Assembly: GCF_009914755.1 (NCBI RefSeq)
Contig: NC_060932.1
Strand: one strand, 5' to 3'
DNA from: the human T2T-CHM13v2.0 reference genome, Homo sapiens
DNA length: 64,000 nucleotides
The position numbers and the translations under genes are program-made. Below the pieces are notes generated by a model, which had not been told where the DNA came from, searched no databases, and saw nothing but the letters and a program-made list of their open reading frames with translations. Position 1 is the stretch's first letter. Each line of letters begins with the position of its first letter. This document shows positions 1-14,365 of this stretch, piece after piece.

Positions 1-186
1 TATATCTTCCTCTCTCCTACCCAACTTCCATTGCTAGTTGAAAGTTTACGTCTTGCTACATTCGAGGCCCAGGGCCTGGCCTGCCTTCACTGTAGATTTC
101 ATCCTCTCTTTCAGCAGCATTCACAAGTCAGCTGTCATGCCAGCTCAGCCTGGTGATTACCATTCCACAGACTTATGAAAATTCGT

Positions 187-567
187 TGTGTTTGGACTGA
201 ATGTTTGTATCCCCCCAAAATTTATACATTGAAGCTGTAACCCCCAATGTGACTGTATTTGGAAATAGGGCCTACAAGATGATTAAAGGTAAATGAGTTT
301 ATAAAGGTGGAATTTAATCTAATAGGATTAGCTCCTTATAAGAAGGGACACTGGAGTGATTGCATTCTCAAAGGAAAGACCATCTAAGGCCTAAGTGGCT
401 CTCTGCAAGCCAGGAAGACAGCCCTCACCAGAAACCAAACTCTGCCAAAAACTTGTTATTAAACTACCTAAAATATCCAGTTTCCAGAACTGTGAGAAAA
501 CAGTTTTTTGTAGTTGAAGCCACACAGTCTGTGGTATTTCATTATGGCAGCCCGAGCAGACTAATAT
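187..567 (+). mobile_element. MaLR solo LTR, MLT1A/MLT1B-like
   Basis: Starts tgtgtttggactgaatg..ccccccaaaattt, contains ccagaactgtgagaaa, ends ttatggcagcccgagcagactaatata, as in the MLT1A/B consensus. Confidence 0.85.
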
Positions 568-981
568 AAATCCTTTTCTGGCATGGGCGTGAAGTGGTCA
601 GCATGGACTCAAGGAACAGAGATCAGGAATCAGTCTTCTTCACAAGTTCAGGAATAGTAGAAAAAAATGGCCCAACTATTGACTAAACCATGGTGCAGCC
701 CTCAACCTCAACTCTGGGCCCTGGCAGCAGATGACCTGGAGTGGACACTAACCTTGCTGCTGACAAAGTTAACACCCCACCTGCCTCACAGAAAAGGCTC
801 CATGAGAAACTGGACCTGGTGAGGAGCAGGAGGCTCAGATAAGGGCCAGGTCGTTGGGGTGGACCTGGCACACCTCAAGTGGAAGAGAGGCACTACTATG
901 CATTGACATATGAACCCCGTTTTACCCACACACAGGTTACCAATACACCCAAGAGAAAATAAGGATAAGCAGTGCCAACTA

Positions 982-2610
982 AATTCAACACATATTTATT
1001 GATGCCTACCCTGTACTAGCCCAACTCACAACTACTGCAACACATTTATGTACATAGTATTACTGGATAACCGAGGAGAAGCAATGATAATAGTCTTGAA
1101 GGAAGAAGATGAGTAAAGAGATTTTCCTGAATGAGGCACTGTCAGAACTCAATTGCAAACATATGTAAGAAAAAGAAGGCAGAGATGGCAACATGAGTGT
1201 AAGCTAGGAAAGGAAAAACAGCATAGCAGATTTGGAGACCTCAGGCAAATTCATATCACTAAAAAGTAAATCATAACATGGAGACTAGTGCTATTTGAAG
1301 CTGGAGACATAGGTAAAAGTCAGATCATGAAGAGATGTAGGTACCATGTTAAGAAAGTGGGGCATTATCCTGTTGCTAATTAACATTAAGCAGATGAGTT
1401 ATGTATCACATGGAGGTGGTTTCAAAGGTAGTATGGGGAATAAATTGGTTTAAAAAACAATCAGAAATCTATTGACAAACCCAGGCAAGAGATGATGGCA
1501 AATGATAAAAGTGATTTATCTCTATAAGGTAGTAGTTGTTGAAATAAAGGATATGGGAAAAATTCAAGAAATATTGAGGAGGAAAATGGGCAGGATTACA
1601 CAATGATTGGATGTAGGAGACAAGAAAAGGAAAAGATAAAAACAATGTTTCTAGCTTAGATGACTGCATAGGTTACTGCCTCCAGGTGACAGAGAATATA
1701 AGAGGTGGCACAAAAATGAGTTCAGTTCTGGGAACATAAATTTTAAGTGTCTTTTGGACAGCTAAGAGGAGATATAAGGGCAGCAATTGCATATACAAGT
1801 TTGCATTTCATTAGACACATCTACTAGTCAATTCTCATGCTGCTATGACGAAACACCTGAGACAGGGTAATTTATAAAGGAAAGACGTTTAATTGACTCA
1901 CAGTTCTGCATGGCTGGGGAGGCCTCAGGAAACCTACTGCCATGGTGGAAAGGGAAGCAAATACGCCCTTCTTCAAGTGGCAGCAGGAGAGAAAAGTGCA
2001 GAACGAAGTGGGGGAAAGCCCCTTATAAAACCATCAGATCTCATGAGAACTCACTCACTAACACAAGAACAGCATGGAGGAAGTGCCCCCATGATCTAAT
2101 CACCTCCCAGGATGTCCCTTCCCCAACACATGGGAATTACAATTCAGACTACAATTCAAGATGAGATTTGGGTGGGGACACAGAGCCAGACCATATCAAC
2201 ATATTTGGGGCTATAGATGTAAATTTGGGGACCAACAAAGTTGAGGAATAAACTACAACAGAAAAGATTAGTCAAGAAGAACATGCAGGGAGAAGAGTCT
2301 CCCCAACATTTTAGAGAGATTGTGGAGGAAAAAGGGGATGTCTTGCAAGAAATTAGTAACATTATATAGAACACGAAGGGTCTCATGAGCCAATAAAAGA
2401 TAGTCTGTATGATTGACGGTATCACCTGAAAAAACAAAGGTACAAAGTAAGTAAATCCCAAAAAGACTACTTTAGTTTGATGATTACTTGGTCACTGGTG
2501 ACCTTATAAGAAGAGTTTCAAAAGATGGAAACCAGAGGCTATGGAATAAAAAGTAGTGGGAGGTGAGAAAATCGGGGCAGTGAGTAGACCCTTCTTTGGA
2601 AAGTTTTATA
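982..2610 (-). mobile_element. Degenerate L2 LINE, interrupted by a THE1 LTR
   Basis: attcaacacatatttattgatgcctac (reverse complement of L2 3' end) followed by purine-rich L2-like body; boundaries approximate. Confidence 0.6.
1820..2198 (-). mobile_element. MaLR solo LTR, THE1C/D-like
   Basis: ttataaaaccatcagatctcatgagaactcactcac and gatgagatttgggtggggacacagagccagaccatatca; 5-bp TSD acaca/acata. Confidence 0.9.
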
Positions 2611-3959
2611 TAATTATATACAGTAGATTACAGATCAGTGAGACTGACAGAGGCATGCAAAGATCCAATTAACCAACCTTTATCATCTCCAAAGAAAAAA
2701 CATTTATTTACCTATGAATGGCCCTTATACAGGCATGACATGGAAACAGAGGTGAAAATGCCATCAAACCACGAACAGCATGTTTTGAACAATGAAGAAC
2801 AAAGCTCTGTTCTGAGTGGTGGATGGGATAAAAGGAATGTTAGCAGCAGTTTGTGGTCCCTCCGGCTTACCATAATGTATAGGGGCAAGAGAGATAAAGA
2901 ATTAAGTGATCAGAAAGCAGCTGAGAGTCAGAGCTTAAACATGAATTGGGCACCAGCGAATGCTTGTCACCTTGTTCATATACAACCTAACTGTTCCCAC
3001 TTATGTCTCCATGAGAAAGCCTGCCCCCAACAACTAAATGTCCAGTGACACTCCCACTCAGTCTCAAAACTACTGGGCATAGTCAACACCACCACTTCTT
3101 AATCCAAGATTTAGAGGCCCACCAATCTCCCTAGCAAATACCACTTAGCACCCCTGCAGGACCAGCTCATTTCCATTATTGGTAATAATAAAGAACTCTA
3201 GGGCAGGAGAAGAGCATAAAGGTCATGAGGCTTCTGTTCTGCTCCAACTTTATGGCCACATTTCACCAGGTCTTGCTTCTGTGACTGAACCTAAGCCTTG
3301 CATACCAAATCAAAGATCCCAGCTCCAGACAATTTCCTTTGGAATGTTGCATGAGTCTTTATGCCAGTACTCTTCTAAGAGCCTGTTTAATCTAAGTCTA
3401 GGCTCCTACTTGTGTTTACTATAGGATCGTAGGCTCCAGCCTCAGGGTTAAACTCCTTCCATGATATCTGACCTGGGCCCACTGCCTTTACCAGTCCCTG
3501 ACATACTCTTCCTTCCATCCCAACTCTTTTTCACAGTCAGCTTCTGATCCTGTAGCACAGCCTGCTGTGCCTTGACAACCACCTCTAGGCCCTGAGACTC
3601 TACCTTTCCTGGATTGACCCTCCTATCACACATTGCTACCCTGAGTCCTCCCTTACTGATTTTATTGATCACTACAACCTCCACTCAGGAATAAGACTTG
3701 TCAATTGCAGTGGCTTCCACCCACCAATTTAATGGATGATTAGTAAATCATAAAATATGTATTCCTGTATACTCTTGGTATTGTACTTTAGAGTTAACTA
3801 ATATGTCAATGGAGAAAATGATTTAAAGAAAAGTCAAATAACCATAAACATTTCACTAAAATATCAAGAAAATATAATGTATCAACAGAGCAGGACATTT
3901 TCCAATAGGTATTGTAGACAACGCCTTCATTTATATAATGTATATCTATATAATCTTTA

Positions 3960-4165
3960 TAATATTACATTTCCTTTGAGCCTCACAATAACCCTTTGAG
4001 GTAGCATGGCAGGAAACTCCACAATACACATTTAACTAGAGGAAATCAGAGTTGAAAAGGCCCAAGTGACTTCCCCAAGTTCATGCAGCAGGCAAAGTGG
4101 CAATGCTGGGTTTGAACCCAGAACTTCTGCCTCTAAAGCCTGTGTTTCTCAATCCAAACTACAGT
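3960..4165 (-). mobile_element. MIR SINE
   Basis: cctcacaataaccctttgaggtag...aagtgacttccccaagttcatgcagc...ggtttgaacccag, MIR core. Confidence 0.7.
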
Positions 4166-4486
4166 GCCAGTCTCATCTCCCCATCGATTCCTGATACCCT
4201 ACCTCCCACTCTCATCCAATGCATGTCCTATTCTCTCCTATCTCTGTTTACCCTGTTCCTTCAGCTTAGTATGTCCTTCCCACTATTTCTCTGCCATGTA
4301 AACTCTTCATTTTTCCCAGACCAATGCCAGGTAATTTTCTCTATAAATCCTTACCTAACCCCCAAATGGTGAGGGTTATCCTCTCTTCTCTGCTCAAACA
4401 GCTCTTCTATAATTTGATGGTATTATACATGTTAGTCTCCAGTAGGTTATCTTTATTATTAAAAATAAACTTATTACTTGATAAGC

Positions 4487-4819
4487 TGCTGTGGTTTGAA
4501 CATCTGTACCCTCCAATACTTATGTTGAAATTTAATTGCCACTATAACAGCATTAAATAAGACCTTTAAGGGGTCATTAGGTCATGAGGATTCCACCCTC
4601 ATGGTTGGGACTGGTGTCATAATAAAAAGGAGCGTTCAGCCTTCTCTTGCTCTCTCACCTTCTGCCTTGTGATGACACAGCAAGAAGGCCCTCACAAGAT
4701 GCTGGCACCTTGATATTGGACTTCCCAATATCAGCAAATCTGAGCCAATAAATTTCTGTTCATTATAAATTACTCATTCTCAAGTATTCTGTTATCACTA
4801 CACAAAATGGGTTAAGACA
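4487..4819 (+). mobile_element. MaLR solo LTR, MSTC/MSTD-like
   Basis: tgctgtggtttgaa start, gatgctggcaccttgatattggacttccc, aataaatttctgttcattataaattac, ends ggttaagaca. Confidence 0.85.
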
Positions 4820-5049
4820 CAGCATTATGTATGCATGGTAGAAAGTTAAAGATTCAGGTAACACAATAAAAAGATTAAATGACCACATTCTTATAATGCA
4901 GAGATAACCAGGAATACCTTATTGTAAATATTTCTATATATTTTTCTATTCATAAGAGTCATTTAAGGACTCTGGCTTGGTTTCTCTAACTACTATTAGT
5001 TGTAGTACCTGCCCTAGTTAACTATTGCCATAGAGTTTTCTGTAAATTT

Positions 5050-5225
5050 AGAAGACGATATTACTTAACTACTCTGTGCCTCAGTTTCCTCATCTAAAAA
5101 ACAAGAATAATAATAACACCTACCTATAGAGTTGTAGTAAAATTACTCGAGTATTTAAAATACTGAAAGCTGTGTCTGGCTCATAGCAACTGCTGAGTAT
5201 GTTAATTATTAATATTATTTCAATT
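5050..5225 (+). mobile_element. MIR SINE
   Basis: ttacttaactactctgtgcctcagtttcctcatctaaaaa MIR core motif. Confidence 0.75.
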
Positions 5226-5269
5226 ATTATTTCATAATGCACCATCACTTGATAATCATTTTTTACTTA

Positions 5270-5314
5270 AAAATAAGAAGACTAATAACAAGATCTGCTT
5301 GGCATCTCTTTATT
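5270..5314 (-). promoter_or_regulatory. Candidate polyadenylation site (minus strand)
   Basis: AATAAA on minus at 5309-5314 with GU/U-rich tgttattagtcttcttatttt about 20-40 nt downstream, in non-repeat sequence; such motifs are common in AT-rich DNA. Confidence 0.3.
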
Positions 5315-6496
5315 AAACATTAATTCGAAGCAAAGAGGGAACTGCTTTTTAAAGTAATTAGAAATTGAGGGAAACAAACTGTAGCAGAGATTGGCATTGA
5401 TTACATCTCCAGAGCCCAGTCTGAGATTTGGCCGAGAAAATTAGTTTTTTAAAAAATGTTTCTTAAAGGAAAGAATGCCTGAATGAATGCAAGAATGAAC
5501 TTGAGACTGAAATTTAAAATGTATTCAGCTTCTGGATATTTGCTGGAGACTGTTGCTTCATCACCTTTGGGTTCGGTGTCCATGGTGGTGATTGGAGGAT
5601 GAATGGTCATCAGGGAACTTTTATCTACCTTGTGCGACAGTCTGGGCCCCTGGTAGAAGGAGAAGGGTGTCATCCAGTGCAGCCGGTTCTAAAGTTTGAC
5701 AAGGACGTAGCTTCAGCTGTGGGGCTGATTCCTCCAGAGTAGAAGACCCATGGAGAAGAGTTTTGCTTGGTGTTTCTTAAAAATCTGAAGTCATTTTAGA
5801 TCATGAACATATACTATATCCAGCTTGATGAGTTCATGGTATTATATATTTAGAAACACAACCCAAAGTAATTCCCACCTCAGTGGTTGGACTTAGATTT
5901 ATGTCTTTTGCTAGTATCACTGTATAGCTTTCTGTATTCAAAAGTGCTAAGCGTCATCCTTGGGTACAACCAATGTACACATAACAGAACAACTCCAGGC
6001 AAGAGAATATTCCACCAACATTTTTCCCATGGTCAGAAAGATTCAAAAGTATCGTTTTCACATAAGGAGCTATGTGGAAAAGATAAAAAATTCCAGTCAT
6101 TGAATCCCTTTTTCCTCCAAGGAACTTGGTCTAAACTGTCCTACTTTCTGAACTGCTGTTGTCAGCAGTTCCTGCTTCTTCAGTTCTTTATTTTATCATC
6201 TAGAATTTCTGAACACTGATGTTTGCCTGTACTGAGTCAAGTTCCCCTCCTATTACACTTTTGAGTTTAATTCTGGAATTATAAAGTGATTCTGAATGTA
6301 GGTCAGTTCTCCCGTGTGCTGCAGAAGTGAGAAGGATCTGAAGCAAAAGTGATCTGCGGCTGAGTCATGCAAACCCAGCCTCCTCGCTGCAGGCAGATCC
6401 TCCCTGCAAGTCTACCCAGTTGTCCTTCACCAACGTGTCAGGAGGATGCCCTCTTTAAAATCCAGTCTTAAAAGGTAGCTAGAGGCCAAAACATAT

Positions 6497-7300
6497 TAAT
6501 TCATTCAACAAAATGCTAAGCACTTCCTAGGATTAGGCACTTAAGTGCTAGGATAGGATTCCTACCCTACAGCTACCTAAAATCTGGTTCAGACTTTTTC
6601 TGAAACAGGCAGAAAAATCAGTGGTTGATCCCAGAGGGATAAGTATAATACTATGAATATGAGTTGTGAGAAAACAGAAGGCTGCCACTATCTTAGCTAA
6701 GTATGCATAGCTCAGTAAATGTTTTTTATAAAACAAGTAACCTGTAAAAGATAAGCAGAGGTGTCAGCCAAGCAGAACGGGCAGAGAGTGGCATAGGGTG
6801 AGAGCCAGGGAAGGAGACAAGTGTATTATATAAGAAGCACCAGCTTGTTCCTATCATTTGTGCTCCAGGGGTATTTGCTATGGCTGGAGAAAGGAGTCAA
6901 GGTGAAGATGTTGCAGGAGATACGAGGCAGAGAATTAAAGCAAAAATGAGGCCAAGAAGGTGCTCATGTGCTTTCTGGTAAATTTGAACTTTATCCTGAA
7001 GATTATTGGAAGTGGAGTTTCATGAAGAGCCTGGCTCTTTAGAAAGACAACTTAGCCACCCTGCACAGGGTATGTTAGAAAGAATTAGAAAGAAATAGGA
7101 AAACTAGTGACAGGGCTATTGTTACTCTTCAGCAGAGACATTATTAAATCTGAACTGGGGAACAGGTGGTAGAAATGAAGAAGATTAAAAAGATTCAGAG
7201 ACTCTTCATTGAGGAAATGGTGAAAGGAAGAATTTAAGATTATACCCTCTAAAGTTAGACTGTCTGGATCCACCAGGTCTAGGCTTAGGGGGAATATAAC
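6497..7300 (-). mobile_element. Degenerate L2 LINE
   Basis: attcattcaacaaaatgctaagcacttcc (reverse complement of L2 3' end) followed by L2-like body. Confidence 0.55.
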
Positions 7301-7600
7301 TTGATCACTTTTTTGTTATTTTTACCGTTGCGTTATTGTAATTACTATTGTTCAAAGCATAAACGGGAAAGAAGACCTACCTATAATCCCACCACCCAAA
7401 AATAACCCACTGCTAACATGTCATTGTATATTCTTTGTCCTTTACATGTGTGTTTTATAAAATCAAGATAATATTTATCATATTTTACACATTTGTTCTG
7501 CAACCTATTCAATGAAAGCTAATTTATAACTTTTTGTTGTGAGAAATTTTAAAACTATAATTTGATGAAAAATTAAATAAACACCATATATAACTGATAA

Positions 7601-7955
<355 letters not shown>

Positions 7956-8204
7956 TCAAGTTCTTTTTTTTTATAGAACAAATTGACAAATACATGCAAA
8001 GCTCCATTTACTCCATTATCCTAAATACAACTTCCCCATCCTCAGCAGCCACTAAAATAAATTTAGTATATATACGGTCATGTTTTCTACATCTAAAAAC
8101 ATATTTATATAATATGTATATATAAATAATATATATAAATAATATATAGCATGCTTTATGTATATCTTTAATTGCATAAGAGGCATCACAAGATGTAAAC
8201 TCTG

Positions 8205-8450
8205 GAAAGGTAGCACAGCGTAATGGCTAAAGCTTGGTCTCAAGCATCATATTGCCTGGATTTCATCCTAGATCTCTGTGTACTAGCTGTGTAACCCTGG
8301 GAAAATTCATCTCTTCATTGCATGTGCCCCTTATCTGTAGAGCATGTTACTAATTTACTGTGATGATTAAATGAGTTAATACATGTAAAGAGATTAGAAT
8401 AGTTTCTAACATATAGTAGGCCTTCAAAAGATGTTAACTTTCTTATCATT
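8205..8450 (+). mobile_element. MIR SINE
   Basis: tactagctgtgtaaccctggg...gatgattaaatgagttaatacatgtaaag. Confidence 0.65.
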
Positions 8451-8489
8451 CCTTTTAATCATTCTATAGCTGTTTCTTTTATATTTCTC

Positions 8490-10080
8490 ATTGTTATTTT
8501 TTTCCATTGATTACCATATTGATGGATATTTAGTTTGTTTTCAGTTTTTTGCTACTGCAAATAAGGTTGCAATAAACATCCTCATACATGTCTCTTTGTG
8601 CGCAATGTCTGAGAGTATCTCTATAGCATATTCCAGAAATGGAATTTTTTTCTCTTTTTAATTGGCAAATGATAATTGTACATATTCATGGGGTACGTGG
8701 TGATGTTTTAATATATATAATGTAGTGGTCAGATCAGGGTAACTAGCATATCCATCATCCATTTATCATTTTTGTGTATTGGGAACATTCAATATCCCCC
8801 TTCTAGCTGTTTGAAACTACATATTATTATTAACTATAGTCATTCTACAGTGGTAGAGAACACTAGAACTTATTCTTCCTATCTAGCTGTAATTTTGTGT
8901 CCTTTAACAAATTTTGTGTCCTAAACAAATGTCTCTCTATCCCTCCCTTTTCCCTGCACTTCACAGCTTCCAATGTCCTCTGTTCTACATTTTACTTCTA
9001 TGAAATCGACTTTTTTAACTTCCACATATGAGTGAGAACATGTGGTGTTTAACTTTTTGTTCCTGGCTTATTTAACTTAACATCTCCCACTTTCATTCAT
9101 GTTACACAAAGGATATAATTTCATTCTTTTTTATGCCTGAACAGTATTCCATTGTGCAAATATAATATATTTTCCTTATCCATTGACCTACTGTTGGACA
9201 CCTAGGTTGATTTCATATCTTGTCTATTGTGAATAGTGCTACTATAAACATGGGGTACAGACGTATCTATGATATAATGATTTTCTTTCCTTTGGATAGA
9301 TTCCCAGTAGTGAGATCCAGCAATGACATTTCTGAGTCACTGGATATAAATTCACCAGTTTATGAGATCCTGCTAAATTCCTTTCTAATCTGGTTTTGCC
9401 AACTCGCACTTCTACCTTTTCATTTCCTTGTATCTTTATCAGTACTTATTGTCCAACTATTTCATTTTTGACAGTCTGATCATGAAAAATGGCATCCCAT
9501 CTTTGTTTTAATTTATACTTCACCTACATTCAGTGAGGTTGAGCATCTCATAATTGAAAATTCAGATTTCCTCTACTGTGATATGCTTGTTCATTTTCTT
9601 TGTTCATTTTTCTCTCAATCTCCTTTTTCCTTTTTCTTCTTAATTTGTAGGATTTCTTTCTATATTCTGGACCCTATGTCTTTATATAAATTGCAACCAC
9701 ATTCTCCAAGGTATGTTGTAGGACTTTTAAATTTGTTTATCTTTTAGCATGTGTTTTGTTGTATGGAAGATTGTAATGTTGATGCAAATTCATCATTTTT
9801 CCCCTTATGGCTTAAGAAGTCCTTCCCTAATCCAGGTCATGTTCTTCTGTATTTTAATCTATGAGTGTTAAAGGTTTATTTTATGCATTTGGGATTTTGA
9901 TCCACCTGGAATTGGTTTGTGAATATAGTGTAGGATAGGAAATGCTATGTCCATACACTATATATTTGTAAAGCCAGCTCTGTCATATATCAAGGTCCCA
10001 TTTAAATCTGATCCTGGGTTTCCCCTACTATTCTATTTATCTAATCATTTATTCTAGCTGCCTGTTTTAATTACAACTTC
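8490..10080 (-). mobile_element. L1 relics: L1MA-type 3' end (about 8646-9313) within older L1M sequence
   Basis: ataattgtacatattcatggggtac, ttccacatatgagtgagaacatgtgg, tattgtgaatagtgctactataaacatgggg. Confidence 0.8.
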
Positions 10081-10199
10081 ATCATGTAATAGAAAAAATC
10101 TGTATCACTAAAAATTACTCTTTTAGTAAATATCTTATCTTACAAATAGACAATGAGCAGAACTCCCAGAGAAAGGATGAAGAGAAAGGAATCTAAAGT

Positions 10200-10900
10200 A
10201 AATCTTGGCAGTATTAAAAGGGGTGGAGAGGAGTAAACAAAGTCACAAAATATTTAGGGGGAAAATTTAGTAGGACTTAGCTGTGTATGCTGAAGAACTG
10301 GAGGAGTCAAGAATATAGGGAATTAGAGGTGCCTGGTCAACAAGCTTGTTGACTATGTGGTTGTAATATTTCAAAGTGAAGGAAACATTAGTAGAAGAAA
10401 AAATTAGCTTTTGAGAGGAGAATGCTGGGTTTGGTTGTAATTATTGCATTCAGGCATCCAATGCATGCCAGTTGCATTGACCAACAGGAAACTGGATAAA
10501 CACATCTAAAATTCTTTAGAACCTCTGAGCCCAAGAAATGAATGTGCAAGTTATTTGTTGGTAAATACAGTTAAGTCTCTAGGACTAGAGATGATCACCC
10601 AGGAAAAACATATAGGTAGTCAGAAGAGCCTTCCCAATATATAAGGAGAAAATTGGAGAAAGGATAACTTACAGAAGAGGAAGGAAAATATAAGGAAAAT
10701 AAGGAAGTGATAATGTCAACTGAAGCAGATTGTCCAAAAAAATCTCTCTTGGAGTTGACAGTTTAGAAGCTTGTGGTTACTTAATAAAGTTTCAGGCTAA
10801 TAGAAGTTAACTTCTGGTGAGTTATCAAGTGAACGAGAGGGGATTGGGACAAGGAGTATAGACAATCCAATTGAGAAAATAATATTTAAATGCCACTTAA
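10200..10900 (-). mobile_element. Degenerate L2 LINE
   Basis: Purine-rich L2-like sequence resembling 1500-2600 (gaggagtcaag, tagagatgatcacccagg). Confidence 0.45.
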
Positions 10901-12959
10901 AAATTAGAAGGAGACAAAGGATTACAGAGGAATGATACGGAATGTAAAAGACAAAATGAGGAGTCTGTTAGCAAGGTTTAAACAGGTGGCTCATGCCAGC
11001 TTGGTTCAGCTGGCCTCACTGCCTCATGCAGAACCTTTCTTGAACTCTATAAACATGCTCCCATCAATGACCTCAAATTCCCACAAACTCTTCATCTGAC
11101 CACTGAGCACAGAGTTCTTGCCAAGGACTGATCAGCTCCCTCCAATCCTCACAACCAAGGAGCCTGAGCATATCAACAGGCTTGGCTCTGCTTCCAGCCC
11201 TGTGACCCCTTCTGTTATTTATCAGGAGGTACTTAAGTAGTTCTAACTCAACAGCTTTATGTTTTCACTAGTGGGACTACTAGGACTGCTCTAACCTCAA
11301 GCTCATTCTAGCAGCTTGACTCCTTCCATGTTCCTCTTATAGAAACTTTTCCAACAGCCAAACCCAGCCTTGTTTTTCTACTGCTCACTCCTGACAAGCT
11401 CATGTTAGCAACTTCCCCAAGATCAGGACTTATGCTCATCACGCTGCTCAGTGTTTGCCTCTTGCCCTTTGAATAGCTTTTATAGGAACCAGGACTTAAA
11501 AACTTGCCTTCTGACCTCTCTGATCTGAAAAGCCACTTGGACGTCTGTTTTCTGCCTGTATCTCATCTCCCTAGATCCTCCACTGTATGTTCTTATACTC
11601 CCCATTTCTACCTCTGGCCTTTCAGGGATCCTCTGGCTTGCCCTGATTCATCTTTGAAAACTTTGAGGTACCGTCTACTCTGGCTCAAACCTATGACAAC
11701 ATCCACTGAGTTCCTACTATTAAGATAACATCTTAATTAGCTCTGTTTCTTATTTCAGTTTTTTTCTAACTGATTGCCAAGTTCCAAAGACTGTATTTAC
11801 CTATTGGTGCAGTCAGTTACTTTAAAGGGCAATCAACAAATCAAGATATATGTTGATGTATACTCAATATTTGTATCATGCTGCACATTATGGGAGTCAC
11901 AGACCTAAGACATGGAGAAAGAAAAGACATGAAAACATGGTATGTTAAAAATCAGTAAAAGGTAGAAGTTCACATAACAACAGTAGAAAAAGGCTCACCT
12001 AGGTACCATATTTCCCAATGAGTGATAGAAATAATAACAGCTCTTGGCTATAAAGAGCTGTAAACTGTGTAAGAGAATTTTACATCCCTTTTTTTAGCTT
12101 CACAATGACATTGCCAGGTGAAAATCAAGCATTATCACCAAGGGAATTTTACAAATCAGGAAATTTAAGGGTACAAATTTCAACTGAATTGCAAAACTAC
12201 ACTTGAACTCTGATATTCTCTAGAACCTACATGATTCTAAACTTCTGATAGCAGAATTAAGTCCATACTGCTAAGTTGACATTCAGGTCCTGTATATCTG
12301 TCCCCTGCCCCAAATGCTGCAGCCATCGCATTAACAGGCTCTGCTTTTTCATGCCTTCAAGCCTTGTGACATTACTCTTATTTACTGCATTGTTCCTCCC
12401 TCCTTCCTCTCCCACCTAAATGCAATAAATATAAACATAAACCCTTCTCTAAACTTTTCATCAAAATTTTTTACACCCTCTTCTGAGTTCAAGCAGCATT
12501 TTTTTCTGATACTTGCAAAAAACCATAAAACTTTTGTATCATCTGTTTTGTTTGGGGAATTGTGTTTTTATGTAAAATTCTCATATAAGACTTTTTTTCC
12601 TCAAAAAAACTTAGTACAGGACCTGACAAAGTAAAGAACTCAAAGCAATATTTGTTGAATGAATTGATATATAAATGAAAATCATGAGTGAAAGTTTGTT
12701 CAGCTACTGAATATTTTCTGAAGAAGGCTTGCATTTCAAAGGCAATCCATGTATTCCATAAGGCCTGGGCTCAGTATTAATGGTAATTGAAGAATTCGTG
12801 GTTAAAAAGGAATCCTTTATGAGCATTAGTGCCTGAAACACTAGGGAAAAGAGATGTGGATTACAAACAATATTGTATACATTTGGCAGTTCTCCATGCT
12901 CTGTTCTCTTTTCGGTTGTCTTGAAGGAAGTCACCCTCGGGGTGATATTGGGAGCCATT

Positions 12960-13124
12960 GCATTGGGTGGTGGAGACACAGGGTTTCTTAATCACTGCAT
13001 GGAGAAGAGCTATCCAACCAGCAACATCATTAATACTGTTGGGTGAACAAGAAATTTTACTGTGCTTAGTTACTAAAATTTGGACATTATTTATGATTGC
13101 ATCTGGTATTATCCTAACACAATA
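12960..13124 (+). mobile_element. Old MaLR LTR 3' fragment (MLT1J/K-like)
   Basis: cactgcatggagaagagctatcc...aagaaattttactgtgcttag...tatcctaacacaata. Confidence 0.5.
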
Positions 13125-14194
13125 ATATAATATAACTTAAATACATTAAAAACACATGCACAAAGCAATATACATTTTGTAGAAAATATACAAATCAAAA
13201 AATAGATACATATTAAATAGAATGGTTGCCTAGGAGAAGAGATTCAAGGATAAAAATAGACGTGGGGTTGTAGAGACCAGCAATGATGAAATACCTTCTA
13301 GGGTACAAACTGAAGAAGAACATAACTCTGCTCCTGAGGTGCAAAGGAAGTGGGGAAAGTGTGATTGTGCAAGAAATCTAAAGGAATTTGAAATTTATAT
13401 GACTGAGCAACTCTCCAGTGGAAGTGAATAAGCCAGCCCTGGAATTTGACCTTAGATACGGTAATATGGAGCCACTGCTGAAATGCCCTCTCCTCAGAGG
13501 GCATACTGATGAGGGATTATGGAGCCCTCTGGGACTGAGTTGGACTGGGTGATAAAAAACAGTAAGACCCAAATCACAGCTAGGAGTACTGGTGGAAAAT
13601 TTGGTGATTCCAATACCAGGGATCTGGGTCTTAATCTTAGCCATCACAGATTTGTGGTGGATTGTTGAGAAATTTACCGTATGATCAATTCTTTAGTTGC
13701 CTAAGCTATAACATGAGTATAATTACTACCTTATCTATTTTAGTGAAATATAAGAGATAGCATAAATAAGTCAAAAGTATTTCTATTCAAATAATGATAT
13801 CTCAAAACATAGTGCTGGTGATGGTGATACATGTGTATATGTATATGGGGAATGAGAGAAGCCTACAACTTCAGGATGCTCAGTAGCTGCAAGAATCTGG
13901 CCACAAACTGGTTTAATTATCTCATAAAATCATCTCATGAGAACAGATATATAATGTCCCTCCACAGAACTAAAAATAGTGAAAAAAGCCTCAGGTAAGT
14001 GTAGTCTACATAATTCATGATGTTTCTGCTGTAGATCACCTAAGGGAGATGCTCTTTAGATGACCACAGAGATGAGAGTTACAAGAGTACTCAGTGAAAG
14101 AAAAACCCAGAATTAAAAATATCAGAAGAAGGAGAACTGGTCTGGAGAATATTCTATAAATAGAGTCCTTCTCTGAGCCAGTTACCTAGAGTAG

Positions 14195-14365
14195 TTAAGA
14201 TCTCTAACTTATGGATTCTAAATATTGGGTCCGTGGCTCACTGAAGTTTCTGCAATAGAAAGCAAAATTATATGTGTATGTAGTTACGTGCATTTTTCTG
14301 GGGGAAAAAAGTGGCTTTCCTCAGATTTTCAAAACAATTACTTTAAAAAGGCCTAGAATAGTGGT
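14195..14365. mobile_element. MER103-like hAT-Charlie DNA transposon
   Basis: gggtccgtgg...gtgcatttttctggggg...ctttcctcagattttcaaa. Confidence 0.55.

Noticed and set aside
2638-3048. Longest ORF in the track (136 aa)
   Set aside because: GTG start, no recognisable domain or convincing splice context; this length can occur by chance in 64 kb
5449-5760. Possible coding exon or processed pseudogene
   Set aside because: The frames I translated on both strands gave nothing recognisable; no poly(A) tail or TSD
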